Assembly (NCBI RefSeq): GCF_001194135.2
Contig: NC_068995.1
Location: 1,946,976-2,010,771 of the forward strand
Direction: 5' to 3'
Length of the DNA: 63,796 nucleotides
Origin: Octopus bimaculoides
Taxonomy: Eukaryota
Shown: piece by piece, positions 27,606-39,456 of the stretch
Position numbering within the stretch: the stretch's first letter is position 1
Layout: each line of letters starts with the position of its first letter
The notes under the pieces: generated by a model
The model's database searches: none
Seen by the model: only the letters and a program-made list of their open reading frames with translations
What the model was told of the DNA's origin: nothing
Made by a program: the position numbers and the translations under genes

Positions 27606-27772
27606 AATAAAGAAAGAAAGACAGAATGAATGAATGAGAGAGAGAGAAAAAGAGAGAGAATGAGAAAGATGCACAATCAGAGAGAGAGAAAGAAAAAAGT
27701 GAAAGAAGCAGAGACAGGCAGAGATTGTATAAGAGAGACCATCACATAGAGACAGTATGAGAAAGAGAGAGA

Positions 27773-27832
<60 letters not shown>

Positions 27833-27860
27833 GCGACAGACAGACAGAAAGAGAGAGAAA
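27170..27860. repeat. Compound polypurine tract: (GA)n, (GAGAGACA)n, (GAAA)n
   Basis: Directly visible; about 0.7 kb that is strongly purine-biased on the plus strand. Confidence 0.9.
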
Positions 27861-28959
27861 GAGAGCTCGTTGTGCATTGGTAGTAATCTTAATGTATCAG
27901 TGCAATTTCCACACGAGTTTTCCAGTAAGGATTGTTTCAACTTCTTTTATTTTTTGAGAAAAAATGCCAATGATCAAAGTGAAGGCCTCCAGTGAATAAA
28001 AAACCTGAAATATCAAACAGCAGAAGACATTGCAAACAAAATGACTGAAGCAGAAGACACATACACACATGCACGCACACACGCACGCACGTACACACAT
28101 ACACCCACACCTAAAGAGGCGAGTTCACATTTACGCATACATACACGCACGTACATACACAGAAGCCTGTTTACATACACACGTACACACATACAGCTTC
28201 GTTCACATACTCTTACACATACATACGTACACACACGTATAAACATAGAGGCACGTTCACATATGTACGCACGTACTCATACTCATATCCACACAGACAC
28301 ACGTACACACAATGACGCATACACAATACATATGCCTACGCACACACACACACACACCAGCATATTTACACGTACAAGATAAAAAGAGAGAGTGAGAGAG
28401 TCGTACAAATACACACGTATACACAAACACTTATAGCCACGCGCACAAACACACTAGCACACATATTCACTCACTCACTTGTACACATATACACATATTT
28501 TGAAACACATAATCTTGTGAATATCATCGGCTGTAAAATGGCGGAGCAATGCAAGCGAACGCCATTAAGGAATAGTTAAAAAATACTTGACAGCATTACA
28601 ATTTTCATTTGTTTAAGAGAGGGAAATGGAGAAGAGTTCACGCATGGATGTGTATATGATGTTTTGGAACAGGCAAAAGGCATGCTCGAAGAGGTTTCGC
28701 TAACTCCAGGATATTTCATATCACGTTTTGATGATAGCTGTTCCAGTTTGAAAGATCGTTAATAGAACAATCTTTTTTCTTAATTTCTTTATTTAAAGTA
28801 TAAAAATATACTGAGAGATATTTTAATAAGCTGTGAACAGAGGAAATATAAATGTAACAGTGAAAAGATCAGTGGTTGCCTATCTTTATTTTCCTCGATG
28901 TCTCTTTTTACTGTTTTCTCCCCTGACACACATACATAGAATATACAATACCAATCCGA

Positions 28960-29420
28960 ATAAAGACTATCCTGGGATAAGTATAGAGACCAAATCCCTG
29001 TTATTGAATACAAACACAAACATCAACGTAAGGTATATTAAAACTTCTACCAAGTGCAAATATAAAAGACCGAATACTGTTTGGAACAGACACGAAAAAG
29101 TATGGTATGTGCCGTCATAGAAATCAGCTGCTCTATTGATGTAAATACCTCTTCAAAAATCAAAGAGAGAGAGAGGGGGGGGTAATTATGAGCAACGTCA
29201 AAGCCTCCATCTTCTATACCCAGATTATAAAATCACATTTATACGAATAATAATTGGTACACTTGGTTTTGTTAGTAAATGTCAAAGGATAATCTGGATG
29301 AGCCAGCATTTTCAGAAAAGGAAGTAAACTTACTAACACGCATATTACAAAATGTCTGTAAGTGGAACAGTAAAAATATGCAAGACTTTTCTCAGGTTCA
29401 AATTGTGGCATTGTTGTTCG
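28960..29420 (+). mobile_element. Non-LTR retrotransposon 3' fragment with restriction-like endonuclease (RLE) domain
   Basis: Frameshifted translation IKTSTKCKYKRPNTVWNRHEK / VCAVIEISCSIDVNTSSKIKE..YE..LHLLYPDYKITF / IRIIIGTLGFVSKC ... SGTVKICKTF. This matches the RLE C-terminus pattern RPD-x-IEIS-C-x-D...K...Y...PIIVGALG...GT.KICKTF. Confidence 0.75.
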
Positions 29421-29624
29421 TTATCTACATTCCAATGATGGAACTTTGTATCTTTGTTAGAAAGTAGCTCCTTCCTTGGAGGAAGAATTCAAATAATTAA
29501 AATCAAAAGAGGGCATGCATGCATACATACATACATCGCCCCATTTCCGCTATATATATATATATATATATATATTCCTATCTCTCTCTCTATATATATG
29601 GTGTATTTCGCAGTATCAACCAAC

Positions 29625-29925
29625 CCATCAGATGCCATGGTACACCCCTGATCACAATGCGCTTCCAATTCTGTCTTGACTGTGCCATTCTTTAGTATTT
29701 TGTTCCAAATTACTTAACTAAATCGTCTTCCCATCATTGTTGAGGCCTTCCAAATGGCCTTCTCCGATGTCTTGGATGCCACTCAGCAACTCCATGGCTC
29801 CACCTGTTCTCTGTGAGCATTCTGTTATGTCCAACACAGTGGAACCTGTGCTTCCGCTACTTTGTGATCACATCGTTCGCTCCACTCCGTCCTCAAATGA
29901 TCTCGTTTCGAATATGACCTCGTAA
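29625..29925 (-). mobile_element. RTE-clade LINE, 3' end of the ORF
   Basis: Minus: IRNEII*GRSGANDVITK*RKHRFHCVGHNRMLTENRWSHGVAEWHPRHRRK.. This matches the RTE post-RT pattern RNE.IR.R....D......K.RWAGH..R..DNRW...V.EW.PR. Confidence 0.75.
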
Positions 29926-30765
29926 TGATAACCCTACTAGAGTCGATTTGTTCGCCTAAAACCCCCAAGGCAGTGTTCCAGCATGGCCACAGTTCGATGA
30001 CGGAGATGTGTGTATTAAACTATGTATGTACGTATGTACGTGTGTGTGAATTAAACTATTCTTTGCTCGTGAGACTCCACCATTTTAAAAGGTCTGCGTT
30101 TTGCATTTCAATTGATTTCAAACTTTAATCAACTTTATTGAGGATGTTAAAACTGCGAGAGATTGATAGATTAGAACTAATTAATTTGACATTAATTACA
30201 AAATTAATGAACCCAAGTAAGAGAAACTTCCGTTGGCAGAAACCTGAGTAAATAGAGATACAGGAAATCTAAGATGTTAAAACTGTTGTTGCTGTTGCTT
30301 TTTTTTAGCCCTGGGTCAGCTTTGAATGAGTANNNNNNNNNNNNNNNNNNNNNNNNNNNNNNNNNNNNNNNNNNNNNNNNNNNNNNNNNNNNNNNNNNNN
30401 NNNNNNNNNNNNNNNNNNNNNNNNNNNNNNNNTTCTTCCGTTATCGGATTTATCAAAAAATGGTTCAGATTTAGATTTCTTGATCTTTTAATAAAGAATT
30501 TTCTGGGGTTTGCAAACGAACATTCTGACTACCTTATTATTCTAAATATACAATATCCTAACACCATTTCAAAAACTCTCTCTATATATTATGTATGTAT
30601 GTATATATATACATGTCAATGCCTCATTCTCTTTCTTTCTATCTATCTATCTATCTACACACACACACACACACACGCACGCTCACACACACACACACAC
30701 ACATATATAGTTTTTGTGGTGTTTGAAATTGTACCAATGTGTCAAAACGTGTAATCGTTTTAAAA

Positions 30766-30961
30766 TTTTGTAATAGGTTTATTAAAATGCCAAACCGGTT
30801 TCGACAATTTTTTGTTCATCAATGGTAAATTTTTAAAAATGCATAAAGGATGTAGAAAAAATTAAAGTTACCAGGAAAAGTTGGAAAAACATGCTTCAAA
30901 GATTGATAAACAAAAACATTGTCCAAACCGGTTCGGTTATTTTAATAAATCTGTTACAAAA
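30766..30961. mobile_element. MITE-like element with about 43-bp imperfect TIRs
   Basis: ttttgtaataggtttattaaaatgccaaaccggtttcgacaat (30766-30808) is the reverse complement, with a few mismatches, of attgtccaaaccggttcggttattttaataaatctgttacaaaa (30918-30961). Confidence 0.6.
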
Positions 30962-31139
30962 TCTGTTACAATTGTTCGACGGAAGCCTTCAAGGTAGTGC
31001 TCCGGCATGGCCACTGTCTAATGCCTGAAACAAGTAAAAGAGATATACATAAATACACACTCTCTCTCTCTCTCACACACACACACACATGTTCAATATA
31101 TGTAGGTATGTATGTGCTTGTGTGTATGAGTTAACAGTT

Positions 31140-31182
<43 letters not shown>

Positions 31183-31305
31183 TTTGTCTGAAAATATGGA
31201 AAACATTTCAAAAGTTTAGCCAGATCAAGATACAAACATTTGTGTACATAGAAAAAAGTCAAAACATATGGATACACACATGTCATGACATGTGCATATG
31301 TGTGC

Positions 31306-31338
<33 letters not shown>

Positions 31339-31522
31339 GGTGTCTGCGGCTACCAGGAATGCCATATTTTAAAGTTGCACTCAATACAGATGCTGAGTAG
31401 AGTGAATATATTTATTAACAAAAGCTTAGGCTTTGGTTTGACGCGCTGAGACTGACTTAGTTCTCCTAAGACTGCGCAGTTAACAAATATTTACATGTAT
31501 GTATGATGTATATATGTCTATA

Positions 31523-31560
<38 letters not shown>

Positions 31561-33629
31561 TCCTCTTCGCCATTTTGTTTTCCTCTGGTGGTGCCTATCT
31601 GAAAGAGGCTTTAGTATATATNNNNNNNNNNNNNNNNNNNNNNNNNNNNNNNNNNNNNNNNNNNNNNNNNNNNNNNNNNNNNNNNNNNNNNNNNNNNNNN
31701 NNNNNNNNNNNNNNNNNNNNNNNNNNNNNNNNNNNNNNNNNNNNNNNNNNNNNNNNNNNNNNNNNNNNNNNNNNNNNNNNNNNNNNNNNNNNNNNNNNNN
31801 NNNNNNNNNNNNNNNNNNNNNNNNNNNNNNNNNNNNNNNNNNNNNNNNNNNNNNNNNNNNNNNNNNNNNNNNNNNNNNNNNNNNNNNNNNNNNNNNNNNN
31901 NNNNNNNNNNNNNNNNNNNNNNNNNNNNNNNNNNNNNNNNNNNNNNNNNNNNNNNNNNNNNNNNNNATATATATAGATAGATAGATAGATAGATAGATAG
32001 ATGTATTTAAGATTGAAAATTGGAGTATTGCAATATATAAATGTAAATTTTAAAAATCTTTGGGCCATGCTGATGAGAAATGTCTTCGCTCCAGCATTGC
32101 ACTACCACATAGCACCGCATTCAACCAAACATTGTGTGTCAGAATGTACAAGCTGCTGGTTGAGCAGACGACATATTCTGATGACAGAATCTATCTGCTG
32201 ACCTTAAACTATTAAACAGCAAATGTAAATATTACAAAGAGACCCACATGCAGTGTGGTAGAAATAGTAATGAAATATCTTTCATACCTTACTATCTTTA
32301 ATAAAAGTGAAAGTAAGACATTATGACTTTTATAATCTGTTTTTTATGAATGTTTGGAAAGACAGGATAGTGAAAGGCAAGAATGCTTTTGATCATAGGT
32401 CTGCTCGACCTAAGCTGACCCGGGGTTAAACAGTCACATCCACAACAACCAGTTATAGGGTTTACCCAAATAAATAGATGGCTGAAACTGTTCGCCACCA
32501 ACAACAAGACCAAGAATAACGACTGAAATACTGTAAACAACATTGAATATAACCGGAAAATAAACGAACAAAAGTTTTTGGATTTTTTTAAAGCAAATAG
32601 GAGAGAGAAAAAATACGAGAGAGAAAGTTAGATAGACATAGAGAGAGGGAGAAAGAGACAGTGTATGTGTATTTGCGTCTGACAAAAAGAACGAAAAGGG
32701 AGAGAGAGAGGGGGAGATAAAGCAGAGAAAATGGGAGCCAGTTCCATATTTTTTGGTGTTTATTTATTTTTTTCTGTGTTCTGCCAGAAATATTTGCATT
32801 AGTTGTTCTGATTAAATAGGCAACAACAAATAAGGGGAAGTCGTGACATTTTTACACCACCAGCTAGTTCTTTTAAACTTCAATACTCTTTGTTTGTCTA
32901 TCGTGACGGGCTTAAATATGGCGGCCGTTACGTCATACCGATCAACATTTCACCTGTAGTCGCTTTCTTCTTCTTTTTCTTCTTCTTCTCCTCCTCTTCT
33001 TCTTTTCTCGCTATTTATTTACATTAATCTACCTGTTAGGTTTAGCCATAAGACCAATATTTACCAGTCCCTAATTCCTAACTTATATCTTAGACGCCAT
33101 AATGTTTAACACGAAACAGGTCACTTGTCTTCCAGTATGGAATAAACGTGCATCTGTCGTCCAGTGGTTCTGTGATAAACATAATACACACGTCTATAAA
33201 AGTATGCAGCTCTCTCTAGCAGAGTTATATATATCTCGCACGAAACCTTTTCTTCAAAACCCGTTTAGAATTAATTCTGGCCCGATTTCATTCCAGTCAG
33301 TGATTCTAACATTATTATCATTATGCTTACTAAGAAACCTTTGCTATAAGGGGATAATTTTTGTTTTTAAGTTAATGTCGTGGCCAAATATTGTTTGATA
33401 AAATTATGGGTTCCTATAATGGAGATGATATTTGCAAATCCCGTCAATATATTGAAATAATTAGAATTAAAGAATTAGTGGCTGATTATGAAGAAATGAC
33501 GTTGGAGCTGTAAAATCTTGCATGCATTAATTTCAACGCTTTTTATTAATCACTGCATTGTTTCTTTCCAGATAAACTGATTTCAAACCGTTCGAAGAAG
33601 CCTACTAAAGTAACTATTAGCGAATTCTC

Positions 33630-33725
33630 TTCAAAATGAACAAAATTTGACATCGTGCTGCTATCAAATACCTGCATTAAAATGCTTTAGTCCCCAACGA
33701 CATTCATACTGACATAAACTTTTCT
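33630..33725 (+). mobile_element. mariner transposase N-terminal relic
   Basis: MNKI*HRAAIKYLH*NALVPNDIHTD, similar to mariner starts of the type M.K..HRAVIKYL..KGL.PK.IH.DM. Confidence 0.5.
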
Positions 33726-34113
33726 GCCCACCCTCGTAGTAGATACTCCCAGGTCAAATTCTTCGATACAGATTTATATTTAACTACTGGTAAATAGTTC
33801 TTTTATTGGTAGACCTAACGGGAAACTCACAGTGAAGTAAGCAACAATTATTGGTAAGGTACCGTAAATATGCGAGTACCAAATTCAATTTCAACCACAG
33901 ATTCGACTCTGGGGTTGGTCCTTGGTGTGACGTAGGTATAAAATGTAAACACAAATGGCATATAAAATTTACAGGTGTTTTGGTAGAATTTTATTTATGC
34001 ATTCATATAAAATTGCATCAATACATAAAATCTACCATCATCAGGTAAAATTTTTAAAAAGTAAAAGATTTGAAACAGGTGAGGTAGTTTTACATCGATA
34101 TTATATATGTGTG

Positions 34114-34203
<90 letters not shown>

Positions 34204-34222
34204 CATTCGATTATATCTATTT

Positions 34223-34395
34223 ATTACAAACATATGAATGAGTGATGCGAATTAACGAATGAAATAAGTCAATAACTGCATAAACAGATACACACAACAT
34301 AAACACACACATATAAGAGTGTGTGTGTATCTGTTTATGCAGTTATTGACTTATTTCATTCGTTAATTCGCATCACTCATTCATATGTTTGTAAT
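34223..34395. repeat. Perfect 73-bp inverted repeat with 27-nt spacer
   Basis: 34223-34295 is the exact reverse complement of 34323-34395 (checked base by base). Confidence 0.9.
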
Positions 34396-34684
34396 CATTT
34401 AATAAATAGACATAATTGAATGTTTATTGGCTGATGTTTGTCGATTCTATATCCTCACCATTTTCTTATTTGTCTTATAAATCGTGGGTAAATTTCTAAT
34501 TTACCCCCACCCATACCTAATACTCAATTGCAATACTGCCTTGCAATAGTAAGCACTTGGCTATAAATACTTATGTACACATCCAGTAGTATATTGGATA
34601 TTTGATATCCCTTAGACGGTTTCTTAACCTCTAACTCGTACAGAAATATATATATACACACACATACTCACACACACACACACA

Positions 34685-35280
34685 CGATGGAGTACCCAAA
34701 AGAAACCGGAAACGTTCTCTGTGGGACAAGCCCGTTGTAATTCATGCTCCTGCCGCTAGAAACCACTTGATGCGACCTTCAGGCATCAGTCTGACGACCG
34801 GCGTCATCTGGTAGATTCGTATTGCAACGTGGGGTGTCTTTGTTTTGCAGTGTTTTTCCCCAGTTCTTCGATTTTTGCAATGGCTGAAACGAAGGAACAG
34901 CGTNNNNNNNNNNNNNNNNNNNNNNNNNNNNNNNNNNNNNNNNNNNNNNNNNNNNNNNNNNNNNNNNNNNNNNNNNNNNNNNNNNNNNNNNNNNNNNNNN
35001 NNNNNNNNNNNNNNNNNNNNNNNNNNNNNNNNNNNNNNNNNNNNNNNNNNNNNNNNNNNNNNNNNNNNNNNNNNNNNNNNNNNNNNNNNNNNNNNNNNNN
35101 NNNNNNNNNNNNNNNNNNNNNNNNNNNNNNNNNNNNNNNNNNNNNNNNNNNNNNNNNNNNNNNNNNNNNNNNNNNNNNNNNNNNNNNNNNNNNNNNNNNN
35201 NNNNNNNNNNNNNNNATATGACTGGTGTGTCCTTGAGCTTCTGCCAACGAATTTTGAGCGATGAATTGCAATTAACCAGT
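34685..35280 (+). mobile_element. mariner element, 5' part spanning an N-gap
   Basis: Terminus-like cgatggagtacccaaaagaaaccggaa; ATG at 34880 gives MAETKEQR (mariner M...EQR.CIKF start). After the 312-N gap the sequence reads MTGVSLSFCQRILSDELQL, equivalent to the HTH segment ..GIS..S.QRIL...L. The spacing is consistent with a single ORF. Confidence 0.75.
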
Positions 35281-35436
35281 TTCAATATAAAAATTTTAAT
35301 TTAATTTAATTTCTCTAATTGAATTAACTGGATATAGAAACGGCTGTAGGGATAAAAATTTCATATTATATTGATTGGAATATCTTTGAATAAACTGATG
35401 TCTATATATCAATTTCTACATTTTCTTCTTTTTCTC

Positions 35437-35486
<50 letters not shown>

Positions 35487-35800
35487 TTGTATGTATGTAT
35501 GTATGTATGTATGTATGTATGTATGTATTATATACATGCGTACATATATACTGCGGGTGTCTACACATTCTCCATCGATCAATTTCATTCACTAGACAGT
35601 GATCAGAGATATAATTGAAGAGTCTTGCTGAAATTGCCTGGATCCCTTGGTGTGGACTGAAGTCGAAATGACGAGGCTGCGAAGCGAACTTCTAAACAAA
35701 ACACCCATGACATTGCGCACCATATATACGTGTGTGTGTGCCTGGCTGCGTGTGTATGTAGCTATGGATAAATAGAGTGAGAGGAGAGAAAGAGACTGAA

Positions 35801-35832
<32 letters not shown>

Positions 35833-36355
35833 AGGGAGAGAGGGAGAGAAAGAGACTGAAAGAGAGAGAGATAAGAGAGAGAGAGGTCTAAAGGCAGATA
35901 GCAAGATAGATAGAGAGGAGGAGAGGGATCGAGAGAGAGAAACGTAGAGACAGAGAGAGAGAGAAAGACAGAAGACAAACAGACAGACAAACAAAGACAA
36001 AAAGTGAGAATCGTCAAAGACTGCAGCAGACCCCGTGTTGCATTGATGTATATACAAACACCCCAAGCCACTACTACAATGACTCACCTACAGAATCTGT
36101 CTGTAATATATATACACACCCTGATGCCTGTATATATTTCACACCCTGATGTTTACACACAATTCTAGCTGAATCTACAACTTTCGCTGCTCCACCCTTT
36201 CCCCTCCACTCTGTCTGTCTGTTGGTCCACCCAGTTGTCAAGCTACCCTGTGTCTATCTGTCACATAGTCTCTCTCCACCTCTCTCACTCTTCCCTACCT
36301 CTCTATCTATCTGTCTTCTGTCTGTCTATCTATCTATCCATCCATCCATCCATCC

Positions 36356-36403
<48 letters not shown>

Positions 36404-36880
36404 CTCTCTCTCTCCATCTATCTATCTATCTACATTTACCTATCTATCTAGCTATTTTTCTTTCCTTTTCTCTAGCTCAGTTTTCACGTCTCTCTATCTT
36501 TCTCTATACTCTACCCTATATTTATTACATTTTCTCTCTTTCCTCGTTAACTACCTCCTCCCCCCTCTCTCTTTTTAGTGTAACCCGATGTTCTGGTGAA
36601 CTGATGCACCAACTTTCGTTATCTGCACTGGTTTGTGAATATACATTTGTATTGCATAATGCATTTCTCTGAAATCATTGCTGCTCGAAGAAGGCTACGA
36701 AACGCCTGTAACCCTAAAGATATCAAATGGTTAAATAAATATATTCACCTCTCACCCTTCCACGCACCTTCACAAATATTAATAGCAATAGTATAAAAAA
36801 ATTGTTAAATATTTTGTGTATTGTAAAAGTATAAACAATTTGTTGAAGGTAAATTTTAACAAAATCTTATATGAATCCCT

Positions 36881-37005
36881 AAGGGCCATATCGATTATCA
36901 TAGCCCATGTAAACCATATGGATCTCCAAGGGCCAAATCGACTGTCAAGGGCCATGTGGACCCACAAGAGCCATATGGATCCCCAAAGGCCATTTCGATT
37001 GCGGG
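36881..37005. repeat. Short minisatellite, about 19-bp unit (aagggccatatggatcccc-like)
   Basis: aagggccatatcgatt.. / aagggccaaatcgactgtc / aagggccatgtggacccac / aagagccatatggatcccc / aaaggccatttcgattgc. Confidence 0.75.
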
Positions 37006-37428
37006 AACATGGGATGCAAGGGTGGCAGGCGCATCCCCTAAAGTTTTTGGTGGACAATGAAGACATTTTAAAGATCCTAGGCTGGACTTAGGTTTGCACC
37101 CCTAAGTAAATTTCGTTCCCCCGCCTATGACCCTCAGCAAAGTAAAAGTTTGTTTGTGCGCGCGCATACAACTATAAAAGTAGCCGATAGCTTCATTCAA
37201 ACTTACTGGAGTTAATTGAAGAAGAACGAGATATATACGAGGCTTTAATTTTGTCGTATATACACCCATCTCTACACACCCATCTCTACACACCTACCTA
37301 CATCTTCTGTATCTTGACCTTGTCTATTGTTTAAAAATAACACAAAACTAAAACAGTTGGAGGAAATGTATAAACATTAACATTCCACATAGAAAAATAA
37401 ACGGATGGAATATGAGTGCGTGCATATA

Positions 37429-37462
<34 letters not shown>

Positions 37463-37611
37463 CATATATGCATAAATATATATATATACATATATATATA
37501 CACACACACAAGTATTTATGTGTATGTATGTGTGTATGATATTTGTATGTATGTGTATATATATTTCCATGTATCTATGATAAAGAGTATGTAGTCATGT
37601 ATCTGTGTGTA

Positions 37612-37695
<84 letters not shown>

Positions 37696-37994
37696 TATTT
37701 ATGTATTCTTTTATTCTTTTACTTGTTTCAGTCATTTGACTGTGGCCATGCTGGAGCACCGCCTTTAGTAGAACGAATCAATCCCAGGACTTATTCTTTG
37801 TAAGCCTAGTACTTATTCTATCGGTCTGTTTCGCCGAACCCCTAAGTTACGTGGACGTAAACACACCAACACTGGTATCCAGGCAATGGTGGGGGGAGAA
37901 GCACAGACACACAAACATATATATATATATAAACAGAGAGAGTGAGAGAAGGGGAGATAGATAGATAGATATACGCACTTATGGGTATTTTAGG

Positions 37995-38615
37995 CTAACG
38001 TAAGGGTCGTGAGTTCAATTCTCGGCGGCGCCTAGTGTCCTTGAGCAAGACACTTTACTTCACGTTGCTCCAGTCCACTCAGCTGGCAAAAATGAGTTGT
38101 ATCTGTATTTCAAAGGGCCAACCTTGTGCCTTGCCACATTGTGTCATGCTGAACCTACTTGAGACCTACATTAAGTGTACGTGTGTCTGTGGAGCACTCA
38201 GCCACTTGTATGTTAATTTCACGAACAGTTTGTTCCGTCGATCGGATCAACTGGAACCCTCGGTACTTTTTGGTTATCTCACCCCCATTAAAAAATTGGG
38301 TTTATGTTGCGACAAGGGACTGGATTAAAAGAGTTAGATCCTTTTGACCTTTGGCCTCCTCATTAGCCATTCTATGATTTGTTATAAAAATATCATCAGA
38401 TTCAAAAAGATGTTTCATCTTTTCAGCTTCCCTGTTTATTAATGTTTTAATTTTTTTTTTGTATTATTGATGATTAAACAATTTTCTTCGTTGGGGGGAG
38501 ATCACCAAAAGTACCGATATTTTCCATAAAACGGGGAGAGATAACCCAATTTTTTAATGGGGGTCAGATAACCAAAAAGTACCTAACCATCGTCGTCGTA
38601 ACCGAGGGAATGCCA
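37995..38615 (+). mobile_element. SINE family C, full length, interrupted by a MITE
   Basis: Head gtgagttcaattctcggcggcgcctagtgtccttgagcaagacactttac... The tail ggatcaactggaaccctc|...|gtcgtcgtaaccgaggg is split by the 38262-38583 insertion. Confidence 0.8.
38262..38583. mobile_element. MITE with about 42-bp TIRs and diverged 8-bp TSD, Merlin-like
   Basis: GGTACTTTTTGGTTATCTcACCCCCATTAAAAAATTGGGTT ... AACCCAATTTTTTAATGGGGGTcAGATAACCAAAAAGTACC, with flanks gaaccctc / taaccatc. The terminus GGTAC fits the Merlin 5'-GGNRM consensus with 8-9 bp TSDs. Confidence 0.7.
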
Positions 38616-39200
38616 GAGTTTTGTGTGTATATAAAGTATGTGCGGGATGCATGCCTCTGTGTGTGTGTGTGTGTGTGTGTAACAATGTAGCAATAGGTTG
38701 CGTCGGTTCCCATCCATCAAATGACCTCCATGTTTAGAACTGCTGACACATGTTAACACTAAACAACTCGGGTCACCTGACATGATGTGATGTGTTTTGG
38801 TTTTCGCTGTTCGCCAGGAATTCAACGGTTTATGGCACCAGCCTGGTTGTTGGTCTCAACTTGTCATAGTGTACACTGGCTGACAGCAGCAACAACAACA
38901 ACAACAACGTCAGCAATAGTAACAACAACTACAAGAACATCATTGATGACAGCCAACGACAACGGCAATAACAGTAAAAGCAACACCGATGAGATTGAAC
39001 TCATAACCTCTAGGTGACTGCGCTGCATTAACCAGCACCTTTATCCACTATGCTATACCCTTATGCAGTGACAAAATGAATTCTGAAGGCTTATGAACCT
39101 CCATTGATGTCGTATGTCGGCTCCCTACTGATTGAATACGACAATTCTATATTTCTGAGACGATGAATACAATTTTATATCTTAATCGGAATTGTGTTTT

Positions 39201-39456
39201 CATCTTGATTGTTGCTCTCACAGCACAAAACATCTCGAGAAGGCTGCAGTGTACACAGCCAAACCGTAGTGAAATCAACAATCCAGGTGAAGACCCCATT
39301 CTGTGAAGGTGCTGCCTGCCAGTCCGGATGATGGATATATATTATGCGTTAATCGGAATTGTGTCCTCATCTGGATTGTTGTTTTCACTACGCTTCGGCT
39401 GTGAACACTCCAGCCTTCCTCAAGTGTTTTGTGCAGTGAGAGTAACAATCAAGATG
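39201..39456. repeat. Imperfect inverted repeat (arms about 88 bp), each arm with a decayed hammerhead-like motif; probable PLE terminal-repeat relic
   Basis: 39201-39288 versus 39368-39456. The minus arm reads CAC-TTGAGGA-A-GGCTG-gagtgttca-CAGCC-GAAGC-GTA-GTG; the plus arm reads CAT-CTCGAGA-A-GGCTG-cagtgtaca-CAGCC-AAACC-GTAGTG. Confidence 0.55.

Noticed and set aside
28618-28765. Acceptor plus a short open frame (..EFTHGCVYDVLEQAKGMLEEV..)
   Set aside because: Unrecognised peptide with no supporting upstream exon.
36881-37005. Regularly spaced repeats as a possible CRISPR-like array
   Set aside because: The units are contiguous and degenerate with no unique spacers, in a eukaryotic context; this is a minisatellite.
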